Shown here one piece after another: positions 42,624-52,777 of a DNA stretch of 64,000 nucleotides. The first letter of the stretch is position 1, and the number at the start of each line of letters is the position of its first letter. Origin of the DNA: an uncultured Planctomycetaceae bacterium (GTDB taxonomy: Bacteria > Planctomycetota > Planctomycetia > Planctomycetales > Planctomycetaceae); contig CAWFGE010000013.1 of NCBI GenBank assembly GCA_963815195.1, forward strand, positions 608,001 through 672,000. The letters run 5' to 3'. The notes under the pieces are model-generated. The model saw only the letters and a program-made list of their open reading frames with translations. It was not told the DNA's origin and made no database searches. A program made the translations under genes and the position numbers.

Positions 42624-44556
42624 TCACTCGCCGGCTTTGCGGAAGGCGTTGTAGTGCAAGTATTCCCAATGCCGGTACGCTTCGGAGGTTTTGACGACTT
42701 CCGCGTGGGAGCCGACGGCGGCGACCTTGCCGCGATGCAAGAGCACGACCAGATCGGCCCGGCGGAGCGTGGACAGCCGGGTCGGCAGGAAGATCGTCGT
42801 GCGTCCGCGGGTGATGCGGCTGTAGGTGTCGTCGAGCATGGTTTTGGTGTCGTTGTCCAGCGTTTCGCCGGGCTCTTCGATGATCATCACGGCCGGGTTT
42901 CGCAAAATCGCCCGCGCGAGGCCCAGGCGAAATCCCTGTCCCACGTCCAATTGCTCCCCGTGCTCGCCGAGGACGGTTTCGTAGCCTTGGGGCAGATCGA
43001 GGATGAACTTGTTGGCGTGGGCCTGCTTGGCGGCGGCGGTGGCGTCTTGCATGGAATATTCATTGTTGCCGCAGCCGATGTTCTCGCGGACGGTCCCCGT
43101 GAAGAATGGATCGGCCGCCCCGACGAAAATCGTTTCGGCCCGCAAAGATTCCAGCGTGACCCAGGCGATGTCCTCGCCGTCGAACAGCACTCGGCCTTTT
43201 TGCGGCTCGATAAACCGGGGCAACAAATAGGCCAAGGCCCGCGGCTCCATGTCGTCCAGGGAAACAATCGAGACGGTGCTCCCGGCCGCGATCCGGAGAT
43301 CGAGTCCGTCGAGCACGAGCTTGCGGTTGGGCAGAGCATAACTGACCGAATCGAACGTCAGCATTTTCGAAAGCGGCTGCAGAAACTTGGCGCCCACGGC
43401 CTGGCCGACGGAGGGGATTTTGTCCAAGTAGCGATAGATGCGGTCGGCGGCGAGCGTGGCGTCGTTTCGGATCGAAGTCAATTCCCACAACTCTTCGAGC
43501 GGCCGGTACATCCACACAAAAATCGCCAAGAGCACCAACGCCGCCGAGAACGTGAGGCCGCCCGGCTGCAGAATCTTGAGACCCACCAGCCCGACGACGA
43601 TGCTCGCGGAGACGGTCACCACGCCCCGGCTGATCCAGCGGGAGGCGCGCTCGCTGCGTTTGATCTTGGAGACATCGCCTGCGAGCCGATCCATATTGCT
43701 TTGGAACTGCTCCAGCTCGAATTTCTCCATGTTGTATCCGCGGACCAGCCGGGTTTTCTGGAGGCATTCGGCCAACAGCCTGAGCTCTTCCTCGGCCCGG
43801 GACTGCGTTTGCCGAGTCGCTGCGAGGGTGCGGGCGTTTTGCTTGTGGACGAGATACCAGCAAAACGCCAGCGGGACCAGACATTGAAACGTGACCAGCC
43901 AATTGATGCTCGAGCGCCAAAACCAAGAGCATCACGAGCTCGAACGGATGGCAACTCAGCCGGCGAATCCAGCGGGCCACGCCGTCGCGGACGCGGTCCA
44001 CGTCCACGGTGAACAGTCCCAATACCTGCTCGGCTTCGGTGTCCAAAAGATCGCCCGGCCCGAGCCTGAGCCGCTGCCGGTGGATGGTTTTGCGGAGGCT
44101 CATCGCCCGGTCCAGTCCGGTTTGCGTGCTCATCCGCCGGGCCAACGAAGCGCACAACGTGCGGAGCAACCCCACGACCGCGCCCAGAATCACCAGGATC
44201 ACCAATGCCGGCGTGTTCGATTGAAAGGGAGAAAACTGCCGATACACCGCGGCGAAGGCACCGCCCCAGTAGCGGTCTCTTGCATGCCAGGCCGTGGGCA
44301 ACAGGCCCGCATCCTCAAAAATGGCGTCGGTCAGCCCTTCGCCGAGAAACTCCTGGAGCGCCTTGTGATCTTCCGCGGGAACCGCCAGCCGGCCGCGGGT
44401 TTCCAGGAGGTCGGCGGTCAAATAGACGATGAATAATGTGACCGCGAGCAAAATCGAAGCACAAGTGGACCAAAGGAAAGCGGCGCGGGCTTTGCCCTGG
44501 AACAAAGCCTTGCGGGGAAAGACCCGGTCAAATGCGGATTGATGGTTGTTGGGCAC
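42624..44556 (-). CDS. Fused TMD-NBD ABC exporter-like protein with a degenerate nucleotide-binding domain; frameshift near 43908
   Basis: Several TM helices; NBD scaffold (FDSVSY, GRVLFDG, GTVRENI, LPQGYETVLGE) but no intact catalytic motifs. Confidence 0.82.
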
Positions 44557-44699
44557 GTGTGACGCTGCTCATGAACGGGAAACTGCCCTCCGTGCGGACG
44601 ATCCAACCCACCGGGCCAAGCCAACGACTCCTCCGATTTTGCCGGGCCGGTAGAGACACCATTGCTTCAGACAGAAATTCAGTCGCTCCAAAAACGGCT

Positions 44700-44766
44700 G
44701 AGCCGCGCACGAAGTAAGCGGTATTGCGATGAATTGTTAAAGAACCGCTGACTTCGTGCGCGGCTC
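44700..44766. repeat. Family B REP doublet
   Basis: gagccgcgcacgaagtaagcggt-21 nt-accgctgacttcgtgcgcggctc. Confidence 0.85.
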
Positions 44767-45038
44767 AAGGAAATCAAATCATTTTGGGAACTACGGAAGT
44801 CCGGTTTGGCATTCGCTTTCGCCGGGAGTTTTGGGAATCGAATTGAGAATCGAACGCCGTTTTGAAAGAATTGTTCCGATACATTTTTTGCATTCTAAAG
44901 CATCACGCGAGGCGATGACAGGTGCCGTTTCGAATTTCTCGCGATTCGGCCAAGGGAAATCCCCCGAGCTGGCAACTTCGGCTCGGGAGACGACCCTGAC
45001 GCCAATCACCACTTCCCTGATTCCAACGCCGATTCCTT

Positions 45039-46547
45039 ATGCTCGAAATCTTCCCGGATCTCCTCGACGCCTCGCGGTCGCTGCTCGCCCCCTGGCCGCT
45101 GGGCTTGATGATGCTGGGCACGGCGCTCGGAATCGTGGTGGGGGCGATTCCGGGGCTGACGGGGTCGATGCTGATCGCCCTCGCCTTGCCGCTCACGTTT
45201 GCGATGGACGGGTCGGCGGCGATGGTGCTGTTGGTGTCGATGTATGTCGGCTCCATCAGCGGCGGATTGATCACCGCCACGCTCCTGCGAATGCCCGGCA
45301 CGCCGGCGTCCATCATGACCACGCTCGACGGCTATCCGCTCGCCCAGAAAGGCCAGCCCGGCCGGGCGTTGGGGTTGGGGATGACGGCTTCGTTCGTGGG
45401 CGGGTTGGTCTCGTGGGTGTTTTTGGTCCTCTTGGCGAAGCCCATGGCGGATTACGCGACCCGGCTCGGGCCGTTCGAGTTCTTCTCGCTTGTGTTGATG
45501 GCCCTCGTGTTGATCGCCGCCGTGTCCGGCGATTCGCTGTTGAAAGGCTTGCTGTCGGGCTTTCTGGGGATTCTCGCGACGCTGCCGGGCGTCAATCCGG
45601 TGACGGGCGAACTGCGGATGACGTTCGGCCTGCAAGAACTCGACGACGGATTGAAACTGCTGCCGGTGCTCATCGGCTTGTTCGCCCTCAGCCAGATTTT
45701 GCGGGACATTATCGACGTGGACGGCCCCGTGGAGACGGTCCGCGCCTCCACGGCCGGGCTCTGGCTCCGCTGGCGGGATTGGTCCAAGCACTGGGGGAAT
45801 ATGCTTCGCTCCTCGCTGATCGGAACCTGGGTCGGAATCTTGCCGGGGATCGGGGCCAACATCGGCTCGGTCCTGGCGTATGCGACGGCCCGCAACCTGT
45901 CGGACCACCCCGAAGAATTCGGCACCGGAACCGAAGCCGGGATCGTGGCGTCCGAAGCCGCCAATAACGCCACGATTGGCGGGGCGCTCATTCCGCTGGT
46001 GGCGCTCGGAATCCCCGGCAGCGTGATCGATGCGATCCTGTTGGGGGCGTTGGTGCTCCACGGCCTGCAACCGGGGCCGCTGTTGTTCCGCGATCATCCC
46101 GAAATCGTTTCAACGATCATCGTCACCATGTTCGCAGCCAATTTCTTTATGTTGCTGTTTATGATGGCCTCGGTGCGGTGGCTGGCCCGGCTGGTCGCCG
46201 TGCCCCGGGGTTATCTGCTCCCGGTGATTCTGGTGTTTTGCATCGTCGGGTCTTATGCGCTCGCCAACCGCATGTTTGATGTGTGGGTGATGCTCGCCTT
46301 CGGAGCCGTCGGCTTTGCCCTGGAAAATGCGAACATTCCGCTCGCCCCGTTCGTCATCGGCTTCGTGCTCGCTCCCGAAGCCGAGAAAAACCTGGGCAAA
46401 GGCCTCATCACCTCCGGCGGCAGCTTCTGGCCGATCGTGACCCGCCCGATCTCCGCGGTCTTTTTTTTCCTTGCCCTCGCGATGCTGTTCTGGCCGCTGT
46501 GGCGGCGCTGGAAAAGCGAGCGGCAAGGCGATAGCCCCCGGCCTTGA
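45039..46547 (+). CDS. tctA: Tripartite tricarboxylate transporter permease TctA
   Basis: VGAIPGL, PGTPASIMTTLDGYPLA.KG, GILPGIG, EAANNA, LGIPGS, GLQPGP. Confidence 0.92.
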   Translation: MLEIFPDLLDASRSLLAPWPLGLMMLGTALGIVVGAIPGLTGSMLIALALPLTFAMDGSAAMVLLVSMYVGSISGGLITATLLRMPGTPASIMTTLDGYPLAQKGQPGRALGLGMTASFVGGLVSWVFLVLLAKPMADYATRLGPFEFFSLVLMALVLIAAVSGDSLLKGLLSGFLGILATLPGVNPVTGELRMTFGLQELDDGLKLLPVLIGLFALSQILRDIIDVDGPVETVRASTAGLWLRWRDWSKHWGNMLRSSLIGTWVGILPGIGANIGSVLAYATARNLSDHPEEFGTGTEAGIVASEAANNATIGGALIPLVALGIPGSVIDAILLGALVLHGLQPGPLLFRDHPEIVSTIIVTMFAANFFMLLFMMASVRWLARLVAVPRGYLLPVILVFCIVGSYALANRMFDVWVMLAFGAVGFALENANIPLAPFVIGFVLAPEAEKNLGKGLITSGGSFWPIVTRPISAVFFFLALAMLFWPLWRRWKSERQGDSPRP

Positions 46548-46828
46548 CGCAATCTACGCCGGCTGATCACAAACACCAAAGAGTCCCCTCGGATTTGAGC
46601 CAAGTCGGTAAAGGGGTTTCGGGCCTGAACATGATATTTCTGGTTCTTCCGGCTAATGAGGGGGCAACTACGACGGTCTTAAAAAAAGAATATCTTGTGT
46701 GCTCTTTCACCTCCCCGAGGGGCCCGAAGGGGAGGTAAGATCCGCGGTTGATCAACCCACAAAAAGATCATCCGCGTCCGCCCCCCCCGATTCGCCGGAA
46801 GAGCAAAATTTTGCCCGTGCTCCGCCTG

Positions 46829-48508
46829 TCATTCGGATTTATTCGACGAAGCCAGGGCCTTGGGATCCGTGATGTGCAAGTAATGCCCGTGGTCGGCGGT
46901 GACGATCAGCAGCGATTCCCGCCAGTTGCTGTTCTTTTCGACCCAATCGGTGATCGTCCGCACGGCGGCGTCGCCATCCAGAACCGCACCGATCGAGTTG
47001 TCCAGGTTGTTGTCGTGGTTGGCCCAGTCCACGTCCCCGGCTTCGACCATCAGCCAAAAGCCCTTCGGGTTTTGGGACAGCACCGTTAGCCCGGCTTCGG
47101 TCATCTCGGCCAGGCTCGGGTTTTCCTTGAGGTCGGCGGGAGTGTAGGTTTCCAGGGCGTACTTCGTCCCGCGGGTGGGATTGTAGCCGCCGTCCGCGGT
47201 GCGGTAGGGCAAATGGGCGGACTTGGCTTCGCCGAAAAACCCGAACAGCCGGGTGCCCGCGTCCGCGGCGTGCCGGGCGGCGTGATGAAGGACCTCTCTC
47301 CCCGACTGGCCCGCCGTGCGGAGGGCGACTTGGTACCGGCCGCCGTTTTTCACATCGATCGCCTGGAGGTCCGCTTCGGGAAGATAGCGGTTCCCGGGCA
47401 CGAAGTTTTTGCCTTGGGCGGCATCTTTGGCTTTGGTCGTGCCCCAGCCCGCACCGATCAGCACATCCACGCCGGAGAGCGGTTGGTCGGGATGCGAAAC
47501 CGACGGCCGGCCCAACAGGTCGCGGGTGATGTCCTGGTAGTCGTTGCGGGTCACGTTGTGGGCATAAGCCGAGCCCGGTGTGGCGTGGCTGATGGGCACG
47601 CTGGTGATGATGCCCACGGCCCGGCCGCGTTCCTGGGCGAGATGGGCCACCATCGTCAGCCGCTCGCCCGTATGCCCGATGCCGATGGACCCGTTGTAAG
47701 TTTTGATCCCCGTGCACAGGGCCGTCGCGGTCGCGGCGGAATCGGGGACGGCATGGGCGATGTGGCCGTTTGACGATTTGCCGATCGGATAGCCGATGGC
47801 CGCAGGCTCCGGTTCGCTCCAGGCAAACGGTCCGCCGAGGTTTGCATCGTACCCGCCCGTCTCGCCGCCGAATTTGACGATCCGCTGCGTGTTGACATCT
47901 TCCTTGGTGCTGCCGTCGTGGGGACTGGTGACGACCTGCCCGAACTGCGTGGTGCCCCCGGCGGCATAATCTTGAAAATAGAGCCCCGTTCCGCGTCCGG
48001 CATGATAGGCGACCTTCCCGTTTTTATAGGTCGCGGCGGCGAAGGTGGTTTGCCAATCCATCCCGTCGAATACCACGAGAAAAATGTACTTCTTCCCCGC
48101 GTCCAAAGCCGTCTTTTGAATTTCGCCGATATTCGATTGATCGAAATACTCGGCGTTTGGATTCAAAGTGTGTTCGGGAAGCCGGCCGTAGATTTTTTTA
48201 AGAGCCGCCTCGCTGCGATAGGGGCTGTGTTCGCCCTGGTAGCTTTCGAGGTCGATGCCTTCGCCCGCCCCCTTGGTGCCGAAGGCGTAAACGGGAATCA
48301 GCCGATTGCTGTGGTTGGTCCAATTGGAAAACGTGTGCGGGTCGGTCCCCCAATACATCACGGGCGATTGAGCATTTTCGATCCCGGCTTTCTGAATCTC
48401 GCGAAGCGGATCGTCTTCTCCCCGCGCCGGTCCCGCCGCGGTGAAGAAAGTGACCGAACAAACAGCAAAACAAGCCGAGGCAAACCGGGTGTGATATTTC
48501 GTGAGCAT
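46829..48508 (-). CDS. Secreted alkaline phosphatase (PhoA family), apparently circularly permuted
   Basis: IFLVVFDGMD, PDSAATATA, HATP, MVEAGDVDWANH, IVTADHGH. Confidence 0.88.
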   Translation of the reverse strand: MLTKYHTRFASACFAVCSVTFFTAAGPARGEDDPLREIQKAGIENAQSPVMYWGTDPHTFSNWTNHSNRLIPVYAFGTKGAGEGIDLESYQGEHSPYRSEAALKKIYGRLPEHTLNPNAEYFDQSNIGEIQKTALDAGKKYIFLVVFDGMDWQTTFAAATYKNGKVAYHAGRGTGLYFQDYAAGGTTQFGQVVTSPHDGSTKEDVNTQRIVKFGGETGGYDANLGGPFAWSEPEPAAIGYPIGKSSNGHIAHAVPDSAATATALCTGIKTYNGSIGIGHTGERLTMVAHLAQERGRAVGIITSVPISHATPGSAYAHNVTRNDYQDITRDLLGRPSVSHPDQPLSGVDVLIGAGWGTTKAKDAAQGKNFVPGNRYLPEADLQAIDVKNGGRYQVALRTAGQSGREVLHHAARHAADAGTRLFGFFGEAKSAHLPYRTADGGYNPTRGTKYALETYTPADLKENPSLAEMTEAGLTVLSQNPKGFWLMVEAGDVDWANHDNNLDNSIGAVLDGDAAVRTITDWVEKNSNWRESLLIVTADHGHYLHITDPKALASSNKSE

Positions 48509-48703
48509 GTTGATTTCCAAGATCCAGGGTCAGAAGAAACCTCCATGCTAAGTCGCCGGCCCGGCCCAGACAATTCCGCCGCGGCAGATTTTGCCGATTC
48601 TTCTCAATCTGCGGGCGGAGATTGGCCGATAGGGAACAGACGGCGTTCCGTTGCGCTGGGCTTTTGGGGCAATCGGGATCATCTTTGGGGGAGAAAACGG
48701 CTT

Positions 48704-50665
48704 ATGGCGACCCGTTGGCTTTCGGTGTTGCTGGCGGGAGCGCTCGCGGTCGGGGTGGGGGCGGCTTGGGTCGCTTCGGATTTTCGCCCTGTTTCGCCGA
48801 GCCGCCAGACTTGCCGGGCCGACGTGGCTTACGCCGTCGATGTCCGCGAAGGCCAGGCCACGTTCGATTTGGCTTTTGAGGCCGATGCCCGGTATTGGGT
48901 GATCCTCGGCAGCCTGGCCGATCACGATGAGGAAACAGCCGTCGCGCTTTCCGCGGAGAAAGTTTCCGCGGTCGAGCGGTTTCCGCTCCGCCCCGTCCAC
49001 CCGCTGTCGTCGGACTTGCCCCGCCGATTGGACACGAGTTGGCAACCGCCGGGCTCGTTGCAGGATTCGGACACATTGTCAACAACACAAACCACGCCCT
49101 TCGTGCCTCAGGGCGTGGCACCCAATTCGCCTAAGTCTTCCGTGCCGATCGCGCACGAGTTTTATTTGCACGTCACCGATGGGCCGCTTAACGATCCTCG
49201 GCAGTACGCGAAAGTCCAGAGCCGGTGCGTCGCCGAGGGGCAGTTCGTGCGGGTGTTTTTGGATTCGCAAATGCAGACCCGCCAACTGGCCCACGGGTTG
49301 GTTCCCGAAATCGTCGCCTGGTTCGACACCGAAATCGTCCCCGGCAGCCGGCGGGCGTTGGGGACGTTTCGCGATGTGGACGGCGACGGCAAATTCGCGA
49401 TTCTCATCAGCCCCTGGCTCGGCAAGCTCGAAGGCGGGAAGACCTCGCTGGGTGGATTTGTGCGGGGCAGCGATTTTCAGGCCTCCGTCAAACAGCCCTT
49501 CGGCAATCGGGCGGATGTGTTATACCTGAATTCAAACCTCCGCCCCGGGCCGCATCTGCGGACGCTCCTGGCCCACGAGTTCGCCCACGCGGTTTGCTTC
49601 AGCGAACGCTTGCCGACGAAACTACAGCCCCTGGGCCTCGCCACCGAGGAAGATTGGCTCAACGAAGCCATCGCGCATGTCGCGGAGAATCTGCACGGCA
49701 CGGGGTGGACGAATCTCGATGACCGCGTGAGCCGATTTTTGGATGCGACCGACCGCTCGCCGCTGGTGGTGCCGAACTATTACGCCGACGGCCTGTGGCG
49801 TGATCCCGGCTGCCGGGGCGCGACGTATTTATTTTTGAGGTGGGTCGTCGATCAGTTCGGGGAAGAGACGCTTTCCCGGCTGATCCACAATCGCGACCTG
49901 GGCCGGCGGAATCTCGAAACCGCAACCGGCATTTCGTTTGCCGACCTGTTTCGGCGGTGGACGATCGCGCTGGCCGTCGCCGGCCGAGAGGCCCCGCGAA
50001 CCGGCCGGCCTCCGGAAGGCCGATTCACTTCGCTCGACCTGGCGGCAACTTTGGGTCGATGGAGCCTCGCCGGTGCGCGGGCGGCGGTTTGGGATCTTGC
50101 AGGCGAGGCTCCGCGGTGTTCGCTCAGCGGAACCACCGCAAAAATTTTCGAGGTTCAAACCCGATCGCCGGGCGTGTATCGGTTGCGGGTCCGGTCCCAA
50201 GGCTCGCCGAAGCTGCAAGTCACCGTTGTCCGCCAACCCGCCGATTGGCCCCGCTTTCAGGCCGCGGCCCGCTGGCAGGTTTTCGAAAGCCCGACGAACG
50301 GTCGGCATCCCGCGCTCCAAGTGCAAGCGGATTTTCCCTCGAACACCCATTTGAAAATCGTCTGCCTTGCCGTGGAATGCCGGCAGGGCACACAACACCG
50401 ATCATTTTGCGTGGCGGGAAAAGACGTGGCGTTCCGCACCGTCTCGACCGCCGACGGCCGGCGGGTAGAAGCCGCGACGCTGAATCTGCCGGAGGGTCGG
50501 TTTTCGCGGGCCGCGGCTTCCAGGGCGGAATGGCAGTTGAAGATCGCCTGCGAAGACGACCGCGGCCGCCGCGCCGCCTGCTGGGTCAATCTTCCCCTTC
50601 CTCCGCGAGACGCTCCGTCCCAAATCCCGCCTGTCGCCGAGAAACCCGGCCGCAGAATTCTGTGA
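48704..50665 (+). CDS. Secreted or anchored zinc metallopeptidase (HExxH, M30-like)
   Basis: N-terminal hydrophobic segment; FRDVDGDGKFAIL, GGFV...DF, DVLYLN, LLAHEFAHAV...WLNEAIAH. Confidence 0.75.
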   Translation: MATRWLSVLLAGALAVGVGAAWVASDFRPVSPSRQTCRADVAYAVDVREGQATFDLAFEADARYWVILGSLADHDEETAVALSAEKVSAVERFPLRPVHPLSSDLPRRLDTSWQPPGSLQDSDTLSTTQTTPFVPQGVAPNSPKSSVPIAHEFYLHVTDGPLNDPRQYAKVQSRCVAEGQFVRVFLDSQMQTRQLAHGLVPEIVAWFDTEIVPGSRRALGTFRDVDGDGKFAILISPWLGKLEGGKTSLGGFVRGSDFQASVKQPFGNRADVLYLNSNLRPGPHLRTLLAHEFAHAVCFSERLPTKLQPLGLATEEDWLNEAIAHVAENLHGTGWTNLDDRVSRFLDATDRSPLVVPNYYADGLWRDPGCRGATYLFLRWVVDQFGEETLSRLIHNRDLGRRNLETATGISFADLFRRWTIALAVAGREAPRTGRPPEGRFTSLDLAATLGRWSLAGARAAVWDLAGEAPRCSLSGTTAKIFEVQTRSPGVYRLRVRSQGSPKLQVTVVRQPADWPRFQAAARWQVFESPTNGRHPALQVQADFPSNTHLKIVCLAVECRQGTQHRSFCVAGKDVAFRTVSTADGRRVEAATLNLPEGRFSRAAASRAEWQLKIACEDDRGRRAACWVNLPLPPRDAPSQIPPVAEKPGRRIL

Positions 50666-50806
50666 AATCTCTCTCGCAGATGGCATTTGCGCTGTCGCGG
50701 CCTTGAAACTTCGGCGCGGGCTGCGTCTAATTGAGAGAGATTTCATCACTTGTGAGTCCACAGGTCGGCGGGTTTTTGTGGAATCACCATCCCGGAGGAA
50801 ACGACC

Positions 50807-51190
50807 ATGAAGACCCAATGGATTTGGCTGTTCGCCGGTGCCGCGGTTTTGGCTTTTGCGATGGGGGATTCCGCCCAAGCCCAGGTCTATGGATTGTATG
50901 GGGGCTACGCCAACGGGGGTTACAACAACGGGGGCTACACCTTTCAGAATCCCAGCTACGGAGTGGGAAACCCCACCTTCGGGACCTACGGCTACCCCGG
51001 GTACTTCAACCGCACCGAACAATATCACTACACGCACCCGCGCATCACCACCGGCTACGGCTTCGTCAACCGTCCCTTGTTCTATGGGGGATATGGTGGG
51101 TATGGGTATTCGGGTTACGGCTACGGCGGCGGGAGAGTCGGCGGAGGCGTTCGCGGTTACAACTCCTACCGCGGCGGCTTCAGGCGGTAA
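50807..51190 (+). CDS. Secreted Gly/Tyr-rich low-complexity protein 1
   Basis: RBS ggagg; signal peptide ending AQA; mature part made of YGG/GYG repeats. Confidence 0.75.
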   Translation: MKTQWIWLFAGAAVLAFAMGDSAQAQVYGLYGGYANGGYNNGGYTFQNPSYGVGNPTFGTYGYPGYFNRTEQYHYTHPRITTGYGFVNRPLFYGGYGGYGYSGYGYGGGRVGGGVRGYNSYRGGFRR

Positions 51191-51396
51191 CGCCGCGCAC
51201 GCCTTTTCTTCGCCTGGCTTTGTGCGAGCAAATCGCCCGCGGGGTCCTTGCGCAATCCGTGGGCTGGTCCCCATTGCGATTGGTCTTGAAAATCGAATTC
51301 CCGAGATTTCATAATAGAGAAGAAGGGAATAACAATCACCTGTGGTTCCGCACGTCGGCGGAATAGTGGGGAACCACCTTCCGGGAGGAAACGACG

Positions 51397-51804
51397 ATGA
51401 AAGCAAAATGGATCGGATTGTTTGTCGGAGCCATCGTGCTGGCCTTCTCGATGGGCGATGTGGCCCAGGCCCGGCACTGGCACGGGTGTTACGGAGGCTA
51501 CGGTTATGCCACCTACGGCGCATACCGCGGCTACGGGGGCCTCGGCGGGTTGGGGTATGGCTATGGCTATCCCCGCTCCAGTTATAGCTACGTGCCGTAT
51601 AGCGTCGGCTACCGCAGCTACCATCCGGCGTCTTACGGAAGCTACTACGGGGGCTATTCCGCATATCCCTCGTACTACTCCTCGTCCTATTATCCGGGGT
51701 ATTACGGCGGCCTCGGCTATGGCGGCTATGGCGGATGGGGCGGGTACGGCGGCGGCGGATTCGTCAACGTCGGCGGTTGGAACGGCATCAGCGTCGGCTG
51801 GTAA
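51397..51804 (+). CDS. Secreted Gly/Tyr/Ser-rich low-complexity protein 2 (paralog)
   Basis: RBS ggagg; signal peptide homologous to protein 1; ends GISVGW. Confidence 0.78.
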   Translation: MKAKWIGLFVGAIVLAFSMGDVAQARHWHGCYGGYGYATYGAYRGYGGLGGLGYGYGYPRSSYSYVPYSVGYRSYHPASYGSYYGGYSAYPSYYSSSYYPGYYGGLGYGGYGGWGGYGGGGFVNVGGWNGISVGW

Positions 51805-51836
51805 CGCCCGAAGACGCCTCTTTGGCCATCCACTCG

Positions 51837-51873
51837 AACGCCCCGCTGCCCGATCAGCGGGGCGTTTTTGTTT
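51837..51873 (+). terminator. Rho-independent terminator, possibly bidirectional
   Basis: aacgccccgctg-cccgat-cagcggggcgtt followed by tttgttt. Confidence 0.8.
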
Positions 51874-51999
51874 GTCTGCCTGGCCATGTTCGGTCAGACG
51901 TGATGACCGGAGTCGAAGTCGAAGCGAAAACGATGTTCGTTCGACTTGCCCAAACTTCTGCAAAACATTCAATTTTGCGAAGGTTGGAAGAATCCCTTC

Positions 52000-52197
52000 C
52001 TACGCCGGTCGCACATTCTCGGCACATGGGCCTTTTGGTCCATGACCTTCCGTGTAACTCACCTTTTGTCCTTCATACAAGTCGTCGAAACTCACGCCTT
52101 GCAGGTTTTTCGAGTGGAAGAACAGGTCTTTGGAACCGCCCGTGTTGATGAACCCAAATCCCTTGTCCGTCAATTTTTTGATCGTACCTTCCGCCAT
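52000..52197 (-). CDS. Cold-shock protein (CspA family)
   Basis: RNP1 KGFGFI, RNP2-like LFFH, GPKGPCAENV; 65 aa. Confidence 0.93.
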   Translation of the reverse strand: MAEGTIKKLTDKGFGFINTGGSKDLFFHSKNLQGVSFDDLYEGQKVSYTEGHGPKGPCAENVRPA

Positions 52198-52706
52198 GTG
52201 TCAGCCTTCTCGAATGGATTGTTGGGAAAGATGTTGCTCGCCGGAACATTTCCGGCCGCCGTTTCTCATTTACCAAAGTGTAGCGAAAACGGAGCCTCAA
52301 CGTAAGTCGGCGGTTCACGCTTTCCTGACGAACCTTCTGCCAATTTGCCAACGCCTCGGCAACTTCTTCGGCATTCGGCCAAATAACCCCATGAGAAGGA
52401 TTGCACGGCGGAAGCGAGTCTTCGTTTCTTCAATGCGAGAATCCATTCGCTTTTTGTTATCCATCAGACCTAAAAAAAGGCGTGCCGGTGCAAGTATCCG
52501 CGTTAAATGCTCGTTCGCCGGCTCGAGCATTCGCTGCCGATGAAGGCAATACTCGCGAGAATATCCCTCTTCCATTTCATTCCGCCCGTCCTTGCTGAGA
52601 ATCGCTTCGTTTCAATCGCGAACATCGCACCGGGCCGGTTTTCGCGGTCGCACCCACCAAAAGCAAAAACGCCTCAAACCCTTTGGCTTGCAGCGTTTTC
52701 TTCAAT

Positions 52707-52777
52707 TTACCCGGCAAGGATTCGAACCTTGACTAACAGAACCAAAATCTGTGGTGCTACCATTACACTACCGGGCA
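52707..52777 (-). tRNA. tRNA-Gln (TTG), CCA not encoded
   Basis: TGCCCGG acceptor stem, D-arm GTGTAATGGTAGCAC, anticodon arm ACAGA-TTTTGGT-TCTGT, T-arm CAAGG-TTCGAAT-CCTTG. Confidence 0.95.

Noticed and set aside
46548..46828. Structured ncRNA between tctA and the phosphatase gene
   Set aside because: Only one modest hairpin (46709-46736) between convergent genes; no recognisable RNA family features.
47918..48703. N-terminal extension of the 915-aa peptidase ORF
   Set aside because: It overlaps the phosphatase gene antisense; ATG 48704 gives a proper signal-like N-terminus.
52200..52706. Integrated element at the tRNA-Gln 3' end
   Set aside because: A hairpin follows the tRNA, but I found no integrase and no duplicated tRNA 3' end in the window.
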